Assembly: GCA_026390315.1 (NCBI GenBank)
Contig: JAPLGE010000103.1
Coordinates: 1-44,247, forward strand
Direction: 5' to 3'
DNA from: Candidatus Bipolaricaulota bacterium
GTDB taxonomy: Bacteria > Bipolaricaulota > Bipolaricaulia > UBA7950 > UBA9294
Length of the DNA: 44,247 nucleotides
Shown here: positions 42,157 to 44,247 of the stretch, piece by piece
Layout of the letters: each line of letters starts with the position of its first letter
How positions within the stretch are numbered: the first letter of the stretch is position 1
The notes under the pieces: model-generated
The model's input: only the letters and a program-made list of their open reading frames with translations
What the model was told of the DNA's origin: nothing
Databases searched by the model: none
Translations under genes and position numbers: made by a program

Positions 42157-42936
42157 TTAGCCGGTCCAGGGAAGCGGAGCCGGCTCGCCCGCGGGCGCCC
42201 GGTCCTGGCGCCCGGTCGTCCAGTCAGGGAGGTACCTCCACGCGAGCCGAAGCTCGTCTCGCAGCGCATCGGCGCGCGGCTCCTTGTCGCGCAGCAGGCT
42301 CCAGAACTGCGCCGAGTGCTCCAGGTGCACCGAGTGGCACAGCTCGTGGAGGAGGACGTAACGGACGAGGTGGGTGGGCAAGAAGAGGAGGTTCTGGTTG
42401 AGGCTGACCGTCTCCTTTCGTGAGTAGCTTCCCCAGCGGGTGCGCGGGTTCCTCACCACGGTCCGACCGAAGCCCAGGCCGGTCTCCTCGCTGAGCCCGC
42501 CCAGCCACGGTACCAGATGGGCGTGACCCTTCCGGAAAACCCAGCGGCGGAGCGCTGCCCCGCAGGCCCTTGGATCGCCGACCCCTCCGCGCACCTCGAG
42601 GTGACCAGGACGGCTCTCCGGGAGAAGCAGGGGGCCCGCGGCGACCCACGGGGAGGAGGTCGGGCAGTACTCGACCGTCCAGTCCTCGTCGATCGCGCGG
42701 AGGTCGATGCGCTCGGGGAGCGCGCCCTCCGTGTTCAGGCCGACCGCCGCCCGCTCCTCCTCGATCCGCCTTTCCGACCTCTCGATCCAGGAGCGCTTCG
42801 CCGCGAGGATCGTCGGGATCTCGGAGCGGTCGAAGCCGCGCGGCACCGTGACCACGAGGCCTTCCTCCGCCGAGACGTGCAGGCGGACATGCTTGGCGCG
42901 AGCGCTCTCGCGGATGAGATAGGTCTCCATATCCAT
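42157..42936 (-). CDS. YgjP-like (DUF45 / M48-related) metal-dependent hydrolase
   Basis: HELCH zinc motif in LLHELCHSVHLEHSAQFW, and an N-terminal RESARAKHVRLHV pattern. Start trimmed to ATG 42936. Confidence 0.8.
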   Translation of the reverse strand: MDMETYLIRESARAKHVRLHVSAEEGLVVTVPRGFDRSEIPTILAAKRSWIERSERRIEEERAAVGLNTEGALPERIDLRAIDEDWTVEYCPTSSPWVAAGPLLLPESRPGHLEVRGGVGDPRACGAALRRWVFRKGHAHLVPWLGGLSEETGLGFGRTVVRNPRTRWGSYSRKETVSLNQNLLFLPTHLVRYVLLHELCHSVHLEHSAQFWSLLRDKEPRADALRDELRLAWRYLPDWTTGRQDRAPAGEPAPLPWTG

Positions 42937-42944
42937 CACCTGCT

Positions 42945-42973
42945 CTTTTAACCCCAAGCCCGTCCCAAGACAA
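42945..42973 (-). promoter_or_regulatory. candidate promoter of the ygjP-like gene
   Basis: The minus strand reads TTGTCT (42973-42968), 17-nt spacer, TAAAAG (42950-42945), then 8 nt to ATG 42936. It sits immediately after a GGAGAG/CTCTCC hairpin (42974-42990) that follows the upstream gene. Confidence 0.4.
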
Positions 42974-43057
42974 GGAGAGCGGTCCTCTCCGCAGGCCGTC
43001 TTCACAGGCTTCCGACAAGCATGGCGAGCGAGATGTGGGCTCCGTCTCCTTCCCGGC

Positions 43058-43945
43058 CTAGTCCTCCTCGAGGCCGCGGGTGAGCCCGCTTGACCGGGCG
43101 GCCGCGAAGGCCTCTTTGATCTCCGTCTCCGTGGGGCGTCGGCAGAGTTCTGGGAACTCGCCGGCACGGTAGACCGGCCGGTACTGGTCCATCACGTTGA
43201 CGTAGGTGTTCGGGCCGAGGGCCGCGGCGATCGTTTCAAGGACTCGGTCGGACCCGGCGAGCCCGTTCGGGAGGACGAGGTGGCGGACGAGGAGGCCGGA
43301 TCGGGCAACTCCACGCTCGATCATGAGGTCTCCGACCTGACGGTGCATCTCCGCAAGGACCGCCGAGAGGTTCGTCGCGTATCCCGGCGCGCCGGAATAG
43401 CGCTGAGCCACGTCGTCGTCCGCGTACTTCGCGTCTGGCATGTAGATGTCGACGATTCCCTCGAGGAGGCGAAGAACCTCCACCGACTCGTACCCGCCGC
43501 AGTTCCAGACGACGGGGCGGTCGAATCCTCCTTCCCGTGCGCGGGCCAAGGCGGCGACGATCGCCGGGGCCAGATGGGTCGGAGTGACGAGGTTCAGGTT
43601 GTGGCAGCCTCGGCGATCGAGCTCAAGGAAGATCTCCGCGAGCTCATCGGTCCCAATCTCTGTTCCCACGCGGAGCTGGCTCGTGGCGTAGTTCTGGCAG
43701 AAGACGCAGGAGAGGTTGCATCCCGAGAAGAAGACGGTCCCCGAGCCGTGCGTCCCGACAAGCACCGATTCCTCGCCGAAGTGTGGGCCGAAGCTTGCGA
43801 CCTTCGGCCGCGGTCCGACGCCGCAGCGGCCGAGCTCCCCGGCGAGGCGGTCGACGCCGCACGCGTGCGAACAGAGCCGACACGGCGACAGGTGCGCGGC
43901 GAGGTCGGCCGCCCGCCGGGCGACTTCGCAGGGCGAAAGCCTCAT
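43058..43945 (-). CDS. PflX-type (COG1313-like) radical SAM protein, paralog 2
   Basis: CRLCSHACGVDRLAGELGRC. HFGEESVLVGTHGSGTVFFSGCNLSCVFCQN. LLVRHLVLPN and VMDQYRP. Start trimmed to ATG 43945, 7 nt after the GAF gene stop. Confidence 0.85.
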   Translation of the reverse strand: MRLSPCEVARRAADLAAHLSPCRLCSHACGVDRLAGELGRCGVGPRPKVASFGPHFGEESVLVGTHGSGTVFFSGCNLSCVFCQNYATSQLRVGTEIGTDELAEIFLELDRRGCHNLNLVTPTHLAPAIVAALARAREGGFDRPVVWNCGGYESVEVLRLLEGIVDIYMPDAKYADDDVAQRYSGAPGYATNLSAVLAEMHRQVGDLMIERGVARSGLLVRHLVLPNGLAGSDRVLETIAAALGPNTYVNVMDQYRPVYRAGEFPELCRRPTETEIKEAFAAARSSGLTRGLEED

Positions 43946-43952
43946 GGCCGAG

Positions 43953-44247
43953 TCATCGGACGGACTCGAGGTAGGGGGCAAGGAGGGAGAGGATCCTCTC
44001 AAGCGGCGAGACGTCGGCCGCGTCGAACGCCGCAGGCGCGTGGGAGTCGATGTCCAGCACCGCCACGACCCGATCCCCGCGCAAGAGTGGGACGGCGATC
44101 TCGCTCCTCGAGCGCGGATCGCAGGGAATGTGGCCGGGGAACTCCTCCAAATCCGGGACCACGACGGGCTCTCCTGTCTTGGCACAGTGGAGGCAGACCC
44201 CGCCTCCGCGGAGGACCTGGCAGGCGAGCGGGCCCTGATACGGGCCG
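43953..44247 (-). CDS. GAF-domain protein, free methionine-(R)-sulfoxide reductase (MsrC/YebR)-like; 5' end outside the window
   Basis: The open frame runs to the window edge: GPYQGPLACQVLRGGGVCLHCAKTGEPVVVPDLEEFPGHIPCDPRSRSEIAVPLLRGDRVVAVLDIDS. This matches the conserved MsrC core (GP.QG..AC, FPGHI.CD..S.SEI.VP). Confidence 0.8.
   Translation of the reverse strand, partial: GPYQGPLACQVLRGGGVCLHCAKTGEPVVVPDLEEFPGHIPCDPRSRSEIAVPLLRGDRVVAVLDIDSHAPAAFDAADVSPLERILSLLAPYLESVR

Noticed and set aside
10208-44185. A dispersed AmmeMemoRadiSam system (Memo-like gene plus the two radical SAM genes).
   Set aside because: The radical SAM proteins carry PflX/COG1313 signatures rather than AmrS ones. They lie about 29-33 kb from the Memo-like gene, and no AMMECR1 gene is present.
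1-44247. CRISPR arrays, IS elements, integrases, prophage genes, toxin-antitoxin pairs, restriction-modification genes or other known defence genes.
   Set aside because: Visual scanning of intergenic gaps found no regularly spaced repeats. All gaps are under 300 bp. No ORF translation shows transposase, integrase, nuclease-methylase or TA signatures. The GNAT at 40898 has no upstream antitoxin-like partner.

Overview
GC-rich (roughly two-thirds G+C by eye, not computed), very gene-dense bacterial chromosomal segment. I call 45 intact protein-coding genes, 2 probable pseudogenes and one tRNA-Gln(CUG). I found no rRNA, CRISPR array, transposase, integrase or phage gene. Most of the window is housekeeping: glnS, yicC-gmk-acpS, hup, rpsA-plsC-cmk-ispE, hutI/hutH, era, deoC-recO, fabF, pheS, pepP, recA-recX-ispF, rseP-tilS and yebC. 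Three stretches look accessory. (1) 3.3-10.1 kb lies between glnS and tRNA-Gln. It holds a decayed flavin reductase, an orphan radical SAM enzyme with a twitch-type half motif, an exported C39-like cysteine peptidase followed by a YD-repeat-like lipoprotein, and a TetR-epimerase-DHDPS-like operon whose last gene is frameshifted and truncated against the tRNA. (2) 35.5-38.3 kb holds four exported or outer-membrane-like proteins. (3) 39.1-44.2 kb holds two PflX-type radical SAM paralogs flanking HAD, GNAT, SagB-like nitroreductase and YgjP genes, plus a GAF/MsrC-like gene. Canonical sigma70-type promoters (TTGACA-like, N17-18, TAnAAT-like) are readable in most intergenic gaps. Several put the -10 box only 6-9 nt from the start codon with no Shine-Dalgarno, implying leaderless mRNAs. 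Internal operon genes instead use strong AGGAGG sites or 4-nt stop/start overlaps. I found no complete, recognisable defence or RiPP system. The most system-like candidates are the peptidase/lipoprotein/radical-SAM locus and the double-PflX locus, and both are hypotheses only. All family assignments come from motif recognition by eye; no database search was run.
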